A stretch of DNA of 64,000 nt from Eledone cirrhosa (taxonomy: Eukaryota). The translations under genes were made by a program, and so were the position numbers. Below, one piece after another: positions 50,047 to 63,850 of this stretch; within the stretch, counting starts at the first letter, position 1; every line of letters begins with the position of its first letter. The notes beneath the pieces were generated by a model, which was not told the DNA's origin, did not search any database, and saw only the letters and a list, made by a program, of their open reading frames with translations. Location: the NCBI GenBank assembly GCA_964016885.1, contig OZ024741.1, positions 278,504,001-278,568,000 on the forward strand. The letters run 5' to 3'.

Positions 50047-50209
50047 GACTGATTGGCAAACTGCTAAAGTTGTTTTAGGTGAACAAAACTTTTTAAAACA
50101 ACTCCGTAATTACGACAAGGATCATATACCTGAACAATTATTGAGAAAACTGAAAGTCTACATTGATAATCCTAAATTCTTCCCTGAAATTGTTGAGCAG
50201 GTCTCCAAA
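50047..50209 (+). CDS. DNAH6: Dynein heavy chain exon G (microtubule-binding domain)
   Basis: tttcag|G acceptor, AAA|gtaaat donor. TDWQTAKVVLGEQNFLKQLRNYDKDHIPEQLLRKLKVYIDNPKFFPEIVEQVSK. Confidence 0.9.
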
Positions 50210-52071
50210 GTAAATATTTATTTTAACAATCTTTTTGTCACTATCTTTCTAATGAAATATATACTGACCATCTTTTTAATAAAATACATTCAATTTCTGT
50301 TAATGCATGAAGAATTCTGACAGATTTACTAAACTTATTAATTATTTCCTTACTAAGATAGTAACTTAACATATTTTTTTTTTTTAATATAAAATTATTT
50401 TTAAGGGATTTAAACTCAAATAGGAACCATTTAAAATGGGTGGTTTTTCTGTAGAACCAGACTTGTTTTTGACCAGGCTGGTATCAAAATAGTTGATAAT
50501 TTGCAGACTGTGCTAGGTTCATTTTATTGGGCCACCAATGATAAGGGAACTGTAATGCATATTTTCTAAGGTTTGATGCTCTAAGGTTTGATGCCCTTCC
50601 TGTCATCAACCATTTTACAGAGTGTATTAGGTGCATTTTATCATTCCATCAACAGTAGGGAGGCTGTTGTGACTTTGACACAAATGAAGAGTCTTCTCAA
50701 CCCTTTAATTTTAAAATGTTTTACAGCTGGATGCTCTTTCTAATGCTCACCACTTTGCAGTGTGTATTGGGAGCATTCATCATTGCCTAATTATTAAAAA
50801 TAAATACAATTCTGTTGGTCAAAAATATAAGAAATAGAAATAGTAAATGTTAGTATTAGTTAATTTAATTTTTAGGCTATTGAACTATTTACATACAATA
50901 ATCATTTGTTTTGTTTAAGTGTAACTAAGAGTTGTTGACCTTTATTCAAATGTAAAAGCTTTATAAGTTTGCCTCAAGCTGATTCCGTAAAACAATATGT
51001 ATGGACCTGTAACTCCTGGTGGAATCATAAGGGGCACTGTACTGACATCTGGTATGCCTTCAGCATTTTAGACCTGGCAGAGCCTATTCCCCCTCAGGTC
51101 TCAACACAGCTTATTTCTTCAAGGAAAGTAGAGAGAGAGAGTGAATGTAATAAAACTGGCTTTGGTGGGGCTCTGATCCCCATCGATCAATTCAAAACTT
51201 TCAATATGGTCGACTGTATTTGCAGTCCTCAGTGCAACTAATTTTTAGTCCAATTTTCAGAGGGTAAATTGCTTTAATGTGCAGAAAGAGATATATAAAG
51301 AATTGATTCCAATACTGGACTGATACTTCTTTTATCGACATCAAAAAGATAAATGATAAAGTTGGCCTTGGTGGGTTTTGAACTCAGAGTACAGAAAGCC
51401 AGAACAAAAACTGCATAGAATTCCATCTGATGTTCTAACAAGCTTGCCAATTCACTGCCTGTTATACAATATAGAAAAATGAAATAGCAATTGACAACAA
51501 ATTGTTCCTTTATGCATTATATTGGCATTATTATTATAGTACTCATGTATATAAGTTGCTATTTTTATACATTTTTTTTCAAACAAAACCAATTATGAAA
51601 TATATTTAACAGTTTTATACACAATTTTGTTTTGTTCCAACATTTCCTGTATTTTGTGAATCTATAGGATTTTGAAAGAAAATGAAAGGAAATAGTTTAG
51701 AAAAATTGGAAATATAGCTATTAAATCAAAAAAAGAATATTAATAGTTTCCAAATGTTTGTGACAGCTTCTATCTGATTGAAATATAAAGTTGGATTTAT
51801 TTTTAAGTTACTAGTTAGTACTTCTGATGAAAACGTATGATACACAGCAAACAAAAAGGTGTCACACACACACTGAAAAAAATGTTTTAAATTCATGGCT
51901 TTGGTGATAGTTACCATTGGTTACTCAAATCACCATACAACATCCATTCACCCATCTCTGCCTGGTACCTGAAGGTCATTTTCCATCTGCCTGTGGAACG
52001 TGCTATACACACACACACATATATATATAATAGGGGTGTATATGAAAGCATACATTATATGTTTATATACA

Positions 52072-53784
52072 ACTAGCAGTGGTACCCGGCGTTGCAAGGG
52101 ATAAGGTATTTTGGAACGCGGGCCGCCAACAGACCTAATCATGGAAAAACTGCATGCCTGGACAATATGTAAAGAAAATAAACCGAATACTCTGATGGCT
52201 GGATAATCTTTAAGATTTTCCTCGATAAAGCAGGTTTTCACATAATGTGGGCCCTAGGGGATCAAGAAAATGAATTTTTTTAATGTGCATAATATGTCTT
52301 GAAATTTTGGGAAAATCGACTACACGATTGTGCATAACACTCCCTGAAACATAAGTAATACACATGTAAAGTATGAAAAAAGTCGGTTGAGTACTTCTCA
52401 AGTTTTAGGGATTCAAACTCACAGATACACACACACAGACAGACATCCTCATGGAAGTGACGTAATGCAGACAGCCAGACATACTGACAGATATAATAAG
52501 GGCGCGACGTTATATGTATGTATCTATTTAAAAAGAGAAAGACTAAGAATTTTAGAGCGAGATCGCTAAATCACCTAATGCGGTCCCTAGGGCATTGAAA
52601 ATTTGAAATTTTCTTTGCTCAGAACACTCCCTGAAATATATGCAAACAATGGGTACACAAGAGATGTAGCGGGATCTCAGGAAGCTTAATTAAGAATGTA
52701 GGATTCACATGCAGCAGCTGTTCTGAAACAGCAAGCAAACAGCCACAGGAAACAAGTACCACCAATCTCTGGGAGGGCCCTGTAGAAACAGTAGACAGCT
52801 TCTGCTACCTAGGTGACCGAATTAGCAACGGAGGTGGGTGCTCAGAAAGTACAATAACTAGGGTAAGAACGGGATGGAAGAAGTTTAGGGAACTACTACC
52901 ACTGCTAGCTGCAAAAGGCTTCTCCCTCAGAATGAAAGGCAGACTGTATGATGCGTGTATCCGAACAGCGATGTTGCATGGTAGTGAGACCTGGGCGCTG
53001 AAGGTGGAAGACTTACGTAGATTAGAGAGAAACGAAGCCTGCATGCTCCGATGGATGTGTAACAGTAATATACGTGAACGACAAAGCATAAATGAATTGA
53101 GAGAGAGACTGAGCATAAGAGGAATCAAATGCTGCGTGCAGGAGAGGCGGTTACGCTGGTATGGACATGTGATGCGTATGAAGGATGACAGCTGCATAAA
53201 AAGGTGCAGAGCACTAGAAGTTGATGGAAACCGCGGAGTGGGGAGACCCAAGATGACTTGGGATGAGGTGATAAAAGCCGACCTTACCCAACTACACCTC
53301 TCAAAGTCAATGACACACGACCGTGACTTCTGGCGTCACGCAGTAATACAGGGTACCCGACCTCCCATGGGTACATGCTGAAGCATATAAACAATATGCC
53401 CCCCCCCCCCCACCGCAAGGTGGTCGTGGAGGTGCCACGGCAAAAAAGCACCCAGCCCACACTGTAAAGTGGACGTGTAGGCGCCACGAAAAAGCACCCA
53501 GCACTCACTGTAAATGAGGTTGGTGTTAGGAAGGGCATCCAGCTGTAGAAATCAAGCCAGATCAGTTCCTGTATGAGCAAGGCATGGTCAGCCGACCAGA
53601 CACTGCCCACAACAGGACAACCCGTCTAACCCATGCTAGCGTGGAAGAACGGACGTAAAACGGTGATGATGATGATGATGATGATGTGTAAAGTTTGAAA
53701 ACTGTTGGTTGGGTGCTTCTTGAGTTTTAGGGATTCAAACTCACACACAGAAAGACAGACATCCTCAATTTTATATATATAGAT
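52072..53784 (+). mobile_element. Non-autonomous Helitron-like element interrupted by an RTE
   Basis: Starts actagcagtggtacccggcgttgcaaggg, ends acagacatcctcaattttatatatatagat. An internal ~115-bp unit occurs twice (52335-52451; 52622-52648 + 53686-53768). Family assignment is from recalled terminal patterns. Confidence 0.55.
52649..53685 (+). mobile_element. 5'-truncated RTE LINE
   Basis: WVHKRC..., MKGRLYDACIRTAMLHGSETW...ERRLRWYGHVMRM, 3' UTR, (GAT)n. Same subfamily as 1010-2175. Confidence 0.9.
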
Positions 53785-54055
53785 AAACATATAGTATATG
53801 CTTTCATATACACCCCTATTATGCTTAAATGTTGTCTTAGTGGCTACTGCCAACTATATATATATATATATATATAGCCGTCGAAACGGCTTGAGCTCTG
53901 CCGTTGGGGTCATACTTTTTCCTATTACCCACTCTACTACCCTAAGTATTGAGTACTCTGGTGCATTATGGTCCATCTGGTTCCTTACCACAAGCCCTTC
54001 ATTATATATATCTATCTATCTATATATATATATATATACATATATAAATATATAT

Positions 54056-54264
54056 CATCATCATCATCATCATCATCATCAGGTTTAGCGTCCGTGTTCC
54101 ACGCTTGCATGGGTTTGGACGGGGGTTTTCCCACTTGAGGCAAGAGTGGTTGTCTTGCTCGCATAGGACTGTCTGGCGGGTTTTCTACAGTTGGATGCCC
54201 TTCCTAACACCAACCACATTTACAGTGTGGGACTGGGAGGTTTTTACCGTGTTGCCTACACGGC
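54056..54264 (-). mobile_element. RTE 3' UTR fragment
   Basis: Nearly identical to 35657-35864. Confidence 0.8.
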
Positions 54265-57200
54265 ATATATATATATATATATATAAAACAACCTCCCTGG
54301 GATGGACCATGATGTCAAATAACCTCTCTAGTGACAGTGTTACGAAAAATGTACCTGGTACACCCCATAAGGTGGTCACAACAGGAAGGGCACCCCACTG
54401 TAGAAACTATGCCTAAAAGGGTTGAGAGGAATCTTCAGTTGTGTCAATGACAGAACAACCTCTCTAGTGTTGGGAGGACAGCAAATTGGAAGTCATTAGT
54501 ATGAATGTTTGGACCTGTAACTGCTGTTGGAGTTGTAGGAACGCCATCATAACATATGGCATGTTTTGGGCACTTTAAACCTGGTGGAACTGATCTCCTC
54601 TCCAGGTCATAACATAGACAATTTCTTGCAGAGAAGGAGAGTGAAATGGAAAGAGAGGAAGATAAAAAGAGATAGATAAAGAATCGACCCCAGTACTGGA
54701 CTGGTATATTTTTTATTGACCTCAAAGGGATTCGAACTCAAGAAAGCTAGAACGAATACTGCAAAACATGTTATCTGGCATACTAATGCAGGGTCATTAG
54801 AGAATAATCTAAAGTCCCTCACAGTGTTTGTTATGGCTTTCTGGGCTCTGAGTTCAAATCCTGCCAAGCTCAACTTTGCCTTTATCCTTCCATTGTCAAT
54901 AAATATCTCACCAATCCAGGGTTGTGGATTGAGAGAATTGTTAGAGCATCAGATGACAGTGAAAAACTAGTATTTTGGGGCAGTTTGTTTAAATACATTT
55001 TAGTCTTCATTAAAAAAAAAGAAAGAGACAGAAAACCTAGTTAATAATTTCCAGTTTCTGACAGTAATATGCTCCTTTATTAATCTAATTTTAATTAATA
55101 ATATAACAGATTAATTATTGATGAATTCCAAATGACTTAAGCAAATTTAAAAACTTTAGTTTTGGTTTTCAATTATTGGTTATGCATTGAGAAATAAACA
55201 ATATTATTAAGTAATTATTTTGTAAAATACTTTTGTTTTATTGAATGTGATGCTACTGTTTGTTTGTTTTTCTATTCTATATTTTAAATAAAAACAGAAA
55301 CTTAAAGGATTTTATTAAATAAAAACATAACTTGTCGAGAATTAGATTATATAATGTTTGCAATAAAATAAGACAAAGAAAGAGAAAAAATTAAATAGTG
55401 AAAGTAAGGGAAGGAGGAGGAAACAAGACTCAATCCCTGTCTAGGTGGTGTATCTCAGCTGTCCCTTCAAAGATAAAAGGTGAAGGTATTGGTGTAGAGT
55501 ACAGCCAACATCACCCACTCCCCTTTGCAGGGCTTCTTCCTCAGCTGGGATGCACTCCTCCCAATTTTGCTGTGGAAAATAACAGTTTAGAGACCAAGGA
55601 CACCAGTCTTAATGGCAGCTAACATGAAACGGAGGCAGTTAGTCAATTTCTGATATTTGACTATCTTTCTCTCCTCATTACAAGCTGCAGTGCCTGGGTT
55701 AGTGGTCAATAATAATATTATACTGCATATTTTGTTTTTTAACACCTGATCTGTTCTTTTGGAGAAGCTCTATGATAAAAGGCTTTCCAGCCATGAACAT
55801 TCCTTCTATTTTTTCAGCCATTGTGTATTTTGGACTACATTATTCAAGGTATTCTTATTTTGTAACATGGTAAAACATGAGAAAGATTTGTCTATCATTT
55901 TTAGCTGGAAATGGTGAATTACCAGTAATATACTGGAGTCAATATAATCAACTTCCCTTCCTCTAAACTGCTGGATATGTGCCTGGATAAGAAATCATTA
56001 TTTAGCAATTATTTTGTAAAATAATTTTATATTTTATTGAATCTGATGCTATTACACCATAGATTTTGTTTTTTGTAACACCTTATCAGTTCTTATGTAG
56101 AATCTCTATGATAAAAGGTTTTCCAGGCATGACTATTCCATCCATTTGTTCAGCTATTGTGTCTCTTGGACTACATTATTCAAAGCAGTCTTATTTAATA
56201 AGGTGGTAGACTTTGAGAGAGATTTGGCTATTATTTCCAGCAATACGTTAGCTCTTGATAGAGTAATTTTATGATTCAATGATGTTAGGATTGTATATGA
56301 AAGCATTCCAGTGTAAAATGTTAACAGACATATATATAGTGTTTATAGATTTGAAGTGACTAGAGTGTGCTGTAGTTGATATTTTTGTTATGGATGTTTT
56401 TGATATGAATAAAGAAAGCAGGATGATGGTGGTCATTACCTTGGGATTTGATATTGTTCTCCCCTTTGATAGCTCTAAGCAAAGAACTTTCACCATTTAG
56501 TAATAGTTGGAAACTTCTTTGCAGATTTTTCCGAAATATAATTTAGGAACTCTTCTAATGTTTTTTTTTTTTTTTTAAATATTTTGTTTGGAAAAATTAA
56601 TTGCAGTTTTCAGCAGCTTTCATTTAATTCTATTTTGTGATTTTGGCTGGAAGGTGTAATATAAACTTCTATTAAAGAAACATGCTTTGTTTTCACTAAG
56701 AATATGTTGAGATTAATTTTACATTTTCTTAAAATTCAAGAAAATTCTTCTTTAAATTATCAAATGGGATTCATTGGAATATTATCTTTAATTTTGTAAT
56801 AATTTTTCATGATTTTTGTTTTGTTTCATTTATTTGTTTAAAAATGGAGATGAAATTATGTAAGCAATGGCTTTTAAAAATCCTAATAACTCTTTTTTTC
56901 TTTCGTAAAAATGAAATAAAAATACAAATATGGTCTAACAATTTGTTAATGGATAAAACTATGTATAATAGTGATTCACTGTTTTTCTTCTGGGTACAGT
57001 TACATATGTGCACATAGGGCCTGTTTCATCTAGCTGACTTTCTTTGAATATATGCAAATCAGTAGCGTAAAATTTAGTACAAAACATTAATGATTTCTCT
57101 TGTTATATATTTATAATTCCTTTGTAATATGAAAAGGCAGTCGATTTGGCAGAATTATTAAAACTTTAGATGTTTGTTCTGGCTCTCTGTTTCTGAGTTA

Positions 57201-59171
57201 AAATCCTGCCAAGGTCCTTTTTTTTTATGTGCATGTGTGGAGTCAATAAAAAAATTACAAACCCAGTGCTGGTGCAACCCTCTCTACTCTCTGCTATCAT
57301 ACCCTGGATGTTCTGCTGGATCAAAGGAAGGAGGGATGAGAGGGTGTCTGCATCTGCATGTGACGGCATCTTCTTCCTTAGTTTCTTTTGCTCTTTATGG
57401 AACAATGGGCAACTTTTGTTGTTTCTGTACTAATTTTAATTAATGGAGACAAGGTTGCTAACCTAGCATTCTATCCCTCCTCCTTTCTCAACATAAATAT
57501 TTATCTACCAACATCATGATTTAACGTGCACTTTACTTGCTATCAAAAGTTGGACAGGTTTACATAGACCAAGTCAGTACTGAAGCAGGGCTACTAAAGT
57601 TCCAGACAGGCCAAGGAGGTCTATATTCTGCTTACATACAGTCATTATCAAGTGTAGAGAAATTGTCATGTCTATTGACACAAACTGAAGGATCCTCCTG
57701 AACCCTTTGTTTGGCAAGCTTTTCACGACTGGATGCCCTTCCTATCACCAATCACTTTACAGCATGTGCTGGGTGCTTTTATTGTGTAGATCATCAGTAT
57801 TAAGGTGGGGGTGAGTGGGTGGGTGTTATCATGTCCTTGACATAACTAAATGGTCTTCCTAACCCTTTGTTTGGTAAGTTTTCCATTATTGGATGCTCTT
57901 CCTTTATCTATGATAAAATAAAACAAGAAAAAACAAACAAACCCAAAAAACGAAGATAATTTATCTCATATTTTATGTCCCAATTAAGTTATTTATATTC
58001 ATATCTCAGCAACTTAGTATCGTAGCACAACAATATTGCTATTTTCACGCAGAAATTTCTTTTAAATATAAATCTGTGATAAATAAAGCAATGAGACAAA
58101 AACCAAAGATATAATATAATGGTTTCTTATATAAAATAATGGTTTCTTATACAAAGATATCATAATATAACACACCAGACATAAACTAATTCTCTATTGA
58201 TTGACATATCTGCTTAGTTTTCCTCTATTTTGGTGTTTTCCTTTGCTATATAAATATTCAAATTTTAGCAATATACCTAACTGTATATGGAGATTCTAAC
58301 TATTTCTGTTAACTAATTCTCTACAATAAAAACATATTTAGCATTTGGTTCATTTATCTGCTCAGTTTTCCCCTATTTTGGTCTTTTCCTTTGCTATGTA
58401 AATATTCAAAAATTTCTTGTGTGACTACATGGGTACCTAAAACCCTTAGTGAAAGCATGGTATGTACTACCAAGTCATACTCAATTGCAAGTGGTGGCTG
58501 TAGGAGTTGTGATACGAAAATTAAATGTTTGAAATACTTTAAAATATTTGCATAATATTAACCAGTACCATGGAAGAGCCTCACTTTGAGAGAACCACCT
58601 AGCTGATTGTGGTTAACACCTTTGTGGCATAATGTTACGTCCCGAGGTTAGCAGAGTCAGTAAAATAAAGTACCTATAATGCACTGGGGTAAATTTAATC
58701 AACTTTCCACCTCTCTCAAAATTGTTGGTCTTCTGCCTAAATAAGAAACCATTATATTAACCAGTGCTGTCAATAATAACAGCAATAACATTGGACATGT
58801 TTATTTTTTTTGAGCTAATAATATTAGTTAATTAGCTAATAATAATGATTTCTACTATAGGGGCATAAGCCAGCAATTTTGAGAGAAGGGCAAGTCAATA
58901 AAATTGACCTCAGTGCATTACTGGTGTTTTATTTTATCGACCTCATAAGGATATAAAGGCAAAGCTAACCTCAGCAGGATTTGAACTCAAACGCAAAGGG
59001 CCATAACTCCTTGCTGCAAAGCATGGTGTCCGACGCTTTACCAATACTGCCAATCCACCTCTCTCTTATGGCTAATAATAAAAAAATCTCACTAGTACAA
59101 TTAGTATTACTGCCACTAATTGTGACTACTAATAGTATTACACTAACACACATGGTGTATTATTATGGTTG

Positions 59172-61811
59172 ACTAGCAGAAAACCACCCGGTGGGCGGTT
59201 TTCTGCTAGTATATATATATATATTACACACACAGAAATGTATATATATTTCTGTGTGTATATCATCATCATCAACGTTTAACGTCCGTGTTCCACGCTT
59301 GCATGGGTTTGGACGGGGGTAGTCCCACTTGAGGCAAGAGTGATTGTCTTGCTCGCATAGGACTGTCTGGCAGGTTTTCTACAGTTGGATGCCCTTCCTA
59401 ACACCAACCACATTTACAGTGTGGGTCTGGGAGGTTTTTACCGTGTTGCCTACACGGCCACATTACAGCGTGGACTGTGTGTTTTTTTGTCGTGACACCT
59501 ACACGATCTCGTTTGTTTCGGCCTGGATGGCGCGGCACCAACATAACTTTACATGGAACGGGGTGGTGTGGATGGGGTGGGGGTGGTGGCGGGACGGGGT
59601 GTAGTTTGTTAGAGATGCCTACTGGCAAGGCGGGTCTTCTCTGTTACTGAGTACCGCCAAAGGTCACGGTCCAGTGACATTGTCTTGGAGAGGTGTAAGT
59701 GTGTGAGGTCGGAGTTTATCAGCTCATCCCATGTTTTTCTAGGTCTGCCTATTCCGTGGCTACCGTCTATCTTTATTGCCCTGCACTTTGTAATACAGCT
59801 ATCGACTTTCATGCGCATCACGTGTCCATACCAACGCAGCCTTCTCTCGAGTAAACAACATCTGATCCCTCTTATCTCTAATTTTTTCCTTAGTTCGTTT
59901 ATGCTTTGCCGTTCATGTATATTACTGTTACACATCCAGCGGAGCATGCAAGCTTCGTTCCTCTCTAGTCTGCGTATATCCTCTGCACACAATGCCCAGG
60001 TCTCACTACCATGCAACATTGCTGTTCGTATGCAGGCATCGTACAACCTGCCTTTCATTTTTAGGGAGAACCCTTTAGCAGCTAATAGTGGTATAAGCTC
60101 TCTGAACTTTTTCCAACCAGTTCTGACTCTAGCTACAGTACTTTCAGAGCACCCTCCCCCACTGCTGATTTTATCGCCCAGGTAACGGAAGCTGTCCACT
60201 ATTTCTATAGAACCCTCTGCGCAATTGAAAGAGCTAGTATTTTGTGGGCACTTGCTGCTACTTATTGCACCAGAACACCGGCCACATGTAAAGTCTATGT
60301 TCTTAGTTAGCTTACCTGTGATCCCACTACATCTTTTATGCACCCATACTTTGCATTTAGGACATAAGATGGAGTTTCTACCTACGCCTTTCCTACATAC
60401 CGAGCACGACCATTTCCCAGAAGGGACCGCCGCCTTGTTTTCTTTCCTACAAACTAGAACTTTGGTCTTAGCCAGGTTAATTTTAAGTCCTTTTGACTCT
60501 AGGCCGTGCTTCCATGTTTGGAATTTCTTCTCTAGCTCGGCCATTGATTCCGCTATGAGTGTCAGGTCGTCTGCGTATAGGAGTTCCCATGGGCAGCCTG
60601 TCTTGAACTCCTCTGTTATAGCCTGAAGGGCAATAATAAATAGTAGGGGGCTGAGAACAGAGCCCTGATGGACGCCAACTTTTACGCTAAACTCTTCACT
60701 ATATTCGTTGTTAATTCTAACCTTGCTGACTGTTTCTTTATACATGGCTTGTATAGCCCTCACAAGCCATTCGTCAACGCCTAGTTTTCTAAGAGCCCAC
60801 CAGATAATGGAGCGGGGGACTCTGTCGAAGGCTTTCTCCAGGTCGACAAAAGCTAAGTAGAGGGGTTTACCTTTAGCTAGGTACTTCTCCTGTAGTTGTC
60901 GTACTATGAAAAGAGCGTCTGTGGTGCTTTTGCCTGACACAAACCCGAACTGCATTTCATCTAGATCAATTCTCTCTCTGATTAGTTGCGCTATTACTTT
61001 TTCCGTGACCTTCATGACCTGGTCGATTAATTTAATGCCTCTATAGTTACTCCTATCTAGGGCGTCTCCTTTACCCTTATAACAGTTAACGATGATGCTG
61101 CTATGCCAGTCCTTCGGAACAACCCCATTCTGTACGACTTGGTTAACTATGCGGGTGACCATGGTGTGTCCCACCGTGCCAGATGCCTTCAGCATCTCAG
61201 CAACTATTTCCGAAGGCCCAGCCGCCTTACCAGTCTTCATATCCTTGATTGCCTTACTTATTATACTCCCCTCGACTAACACTGCTGGTCCCTCTATCGG
61301 GTCGATATGGGGGAGACTGTCTTTCTCCCATTTATTCTCCTCATTTAGTAGCCTTTCATAGTGACACTTCCAAGCTACCTTCTTATATATATATATTACA
61401 CACACAGAAATGTATATATATTTCTGTGTGTATATATATATATTTCTGTGTGTGTATATATATATATATATTACACACACACACAGAAATGTATATATGT
61501 TTCTGTAGCACTCCTCAATTCCCACCTCTCTCCCTCCCGTTATCCCCCTCTTGTAGTCTGTCTCTTTCTTTCACTCTCACTCTCTCTCTACGCATGCGCA
61601 AAAAACATTCGCACACGCGCACGTGTTTTAGCATCTATTCACTCTCTCTCTCTCCCTCTCTCCCTCCCGCTATCCTCCTCTCGTAGTCTGTCTCTTTCTT
61701 TCACTCTCACTCTCTCTCTACGCGTGCGCAAAAAACATTCGCACGCGCGCACGTGTTTCCACTGTCGGACAGACAGACAGAGAAATTGCTGGTTATATAT
61801 TATAAGGAGAT
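59172..61811 (+). mobile_element. Helitron-like non-autonomous element hosting the second young RTE
   Basis: Begins with palindromic actagcagaaaacc...ggttttctgctagt, ends ggacagacagacagagaaattgctggttatatattataaggagat. Internal ~100-bp duplication 61528-61629 / 61659-61758. Confidence 0.45.
59264..61386 (-). mobile_element. Young 5'-truncated RTE LINE, near-identical to 35657-37800
   Basis: Open ORF to stop at 59609, with only about 3 aa differences over ~590 aa. 52-bp flanking direct repeat. Confidence 0.95.
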
Positions 61812-61867
61812 AACAATTTACGAGTCCCACAGTATTCTTTGATAAAATGTTTTATTTTAATTTCTAG

Positions 61868-61950
61868 GCCTGTAAATCACTGTGTATGTGGGTCAGAGCT
61901 ATCAACTTGTATGCTTATGTATTTCGAGCAGTCCAACCCAAACAACAACG
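61868..61950 (+). CDS. DNAH6: Dynein heavy chain exon H (MTBD end / CC2 start, not in ORF track)
   Basis: ttctag|GCC acceptor, CG|gtaaaa donor. ACKSLCMWVRAINLYAYVFRAVQPKQQR. Confidence 0.92.
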
Positions 61951-63014
61951 GTAAAAATGAATTTCATTATATCTGTTTTTTACTAACATTTAACCACTAA
62001 TACACATTTAGTAAAGGTGTATGGTTTAGTTGAATTGAATGTGTAATTATCAGGTTGCAAGTTCGATTCCTGGGCTGGGTGATGCATTATATCTTTGAGC
62101 AAGACACTTTATTTCACATTGCTCTTTCTGCCAGGAGTTGCAACCAGTAGATAGTATTAGCCATAGAAAGACCAATGGTAATATTGTTTCCTTGGTCCAG
62201 TTTCACAAGTTACACCATACTCAGTAAGTGACCGGTAGATAGTATCAGCAATAGAAAGACTAATGATAACATTGTTTCCTTAGTCTGATCTAATGAGTTC
62301 CACCCAACTGGGTAAGTGAATGCGGTCTGGGATCTTGTCAATCGTCTTAAAAAAAACAAAAAAAAAAACACATTTAACTTAAGTTTAGTCAAAAGTAATT
62401 ATCTTCTCTATACTATATTACCACCTATTAACTCTTAACAGTCTCTCATGATTTAGCAGAAAATACCTAAAAAGAGATTTGTTAATTCAAATGTTTACAA
62501 TAGCTTTACTAGTTGACAGATCATTGTGAAATTTTGCAATATTAGAAAAAAAAAAATTCAATTTTTTATATTTTTAATCTGATGCAGTTGTAGTGCAGTT
62601 TTGTACTTTTCAAGAATGGTTTTCTAATGCAGTTTCCATAATCCTTTAAGTGCTTAGGGCCTCACAATGACTTAATAAGTCCTTGGGAAGAAGATGCAGG
62701 ATTAGGGTACTGTGCTACTTACTGATTCATATATGTAATGACTAGTAGATCAAACAGACTTGACTCCACAGGGAACCCTGGAATCTATTTTTATAGGAAA
62801 GATACTTCATATATTATTACATTACAATAATGGTTTCTGATTTAGGCACAAGGCCAGCAATTTTTGGGAAAGGGTAAAGTTGATTAAATCATCCCCAGAT
62901 CTCATAATAATACAAGATGGCACATACCATAGGAAGAGGCATGACCAAGCAGCAACATAAACAGCAGCCCAAAGAATGGATATTCTGAAGGTTTAGTGAA
63001 GTTAAACACTGTAA

Positions 63015-63430
63015 TAATTGTTTCTACATTTAGCATAAGGCCAGTAATTTGAAGGGAAGGGGTAAAGTCGATTAAATTGACTCCAGTGCATTACTGGTAC
63101 TTTATTTTATCAACCACATAAGGATGAAAGGCAAAGCTAAGTGCGACAGAATTGGAACTTAGAATGTAAAGGGATGTAACTACATGCTGCAAAGCGTGTT
63201 GTTCGAAGCTCTAATGTAATAATAAGGGTGCCAATCCATTGCCCCTTATTAGGGAGTATCAGTAGAGCATCAGACACCATGCTTGGCAGCATAGAGTTAT
63301 GGCCCTTTGCATTCTGAGTTCAAATCCTGCCAAAGTTAGCTTTGCCTTTCATCCTTACGGGGTTGATAAAATAAAGCACCAGTAATGCACTGGGATAATT
63401 GCTGACCTTGTGCAAAAGTAGAAACAATTA
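63015..63430. mobile_element. Divergent pair of family-1 SINEs
   Basis: 63015-63215 (-) and 63255-63430 (+). Ends ~65 nt before the exon I acceptor. Confidence 0.75.
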
Positions 63431-63495
63431 TTACATTACAATAATAAAACTGTTTATACTCTGAATATTTATATAGTAATTTTTTTTGTTTATAG

Positions 63496-63733
63496 ACTTG
63501 CAAAAGCTAAAGAAGAGCTGGCCATTGTAATGGATAACCTGAAAGTACACCAGGATGCTTTAGCTACAGTTGAGGCCCATATTGCTTCACTGCAGAAAAC
63601 GTATGGTGAGAGTGTAGATGAGAAAGAAAGACTTGAGCGTAAGATCACACAGACAGCCGTTAGATTGAAACGAGCAACTAAATTAACGAAGGCTCTTGCA
63701 GACAAACATGATAAATGGAAAGAAACAGTTTTA
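63496..63733 (+). CDS. DNAH6: Dynein heavy chain exon I (stalk CC2)
   Basis: tatag|A acceptor, TTA|gtaagg donor. LAKAKEELAIVMDNLK...RLKRATKLTKALADKHDKWKETVL. All nine exons join in frame (1425 nt, no stop). Confidence 0.88.
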
Positions 63734-63850
63734 GTAAGGAAAATTATTCAAAATGATATTGCTTTATTTAGAAGAATAAGAATTTTGATTCTTTGTTAAG
63801 CTGAAATCATAAAAATTAGTAGATAAAGTAATTCTGTGATATATATATAT

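Noticed and set aside
51824-51860. CTGATGA motif as a hammerhead (also 41134)
   Set aside because: No stem II or GAAA-NUH partner found.
55190-56245. Local degenerate duplications (55730-55905 / 56063-56240; also 58200-58270 / 58355-58410)
   Set aside because: Ordinary old tandem duplications with no coding or structural signal.
61387-61525. N-terminal extension of the 638-aa RTE ORF
   Set aside because: Read-through into flanking TA/CA repeat. The element is truncated at ~61386.
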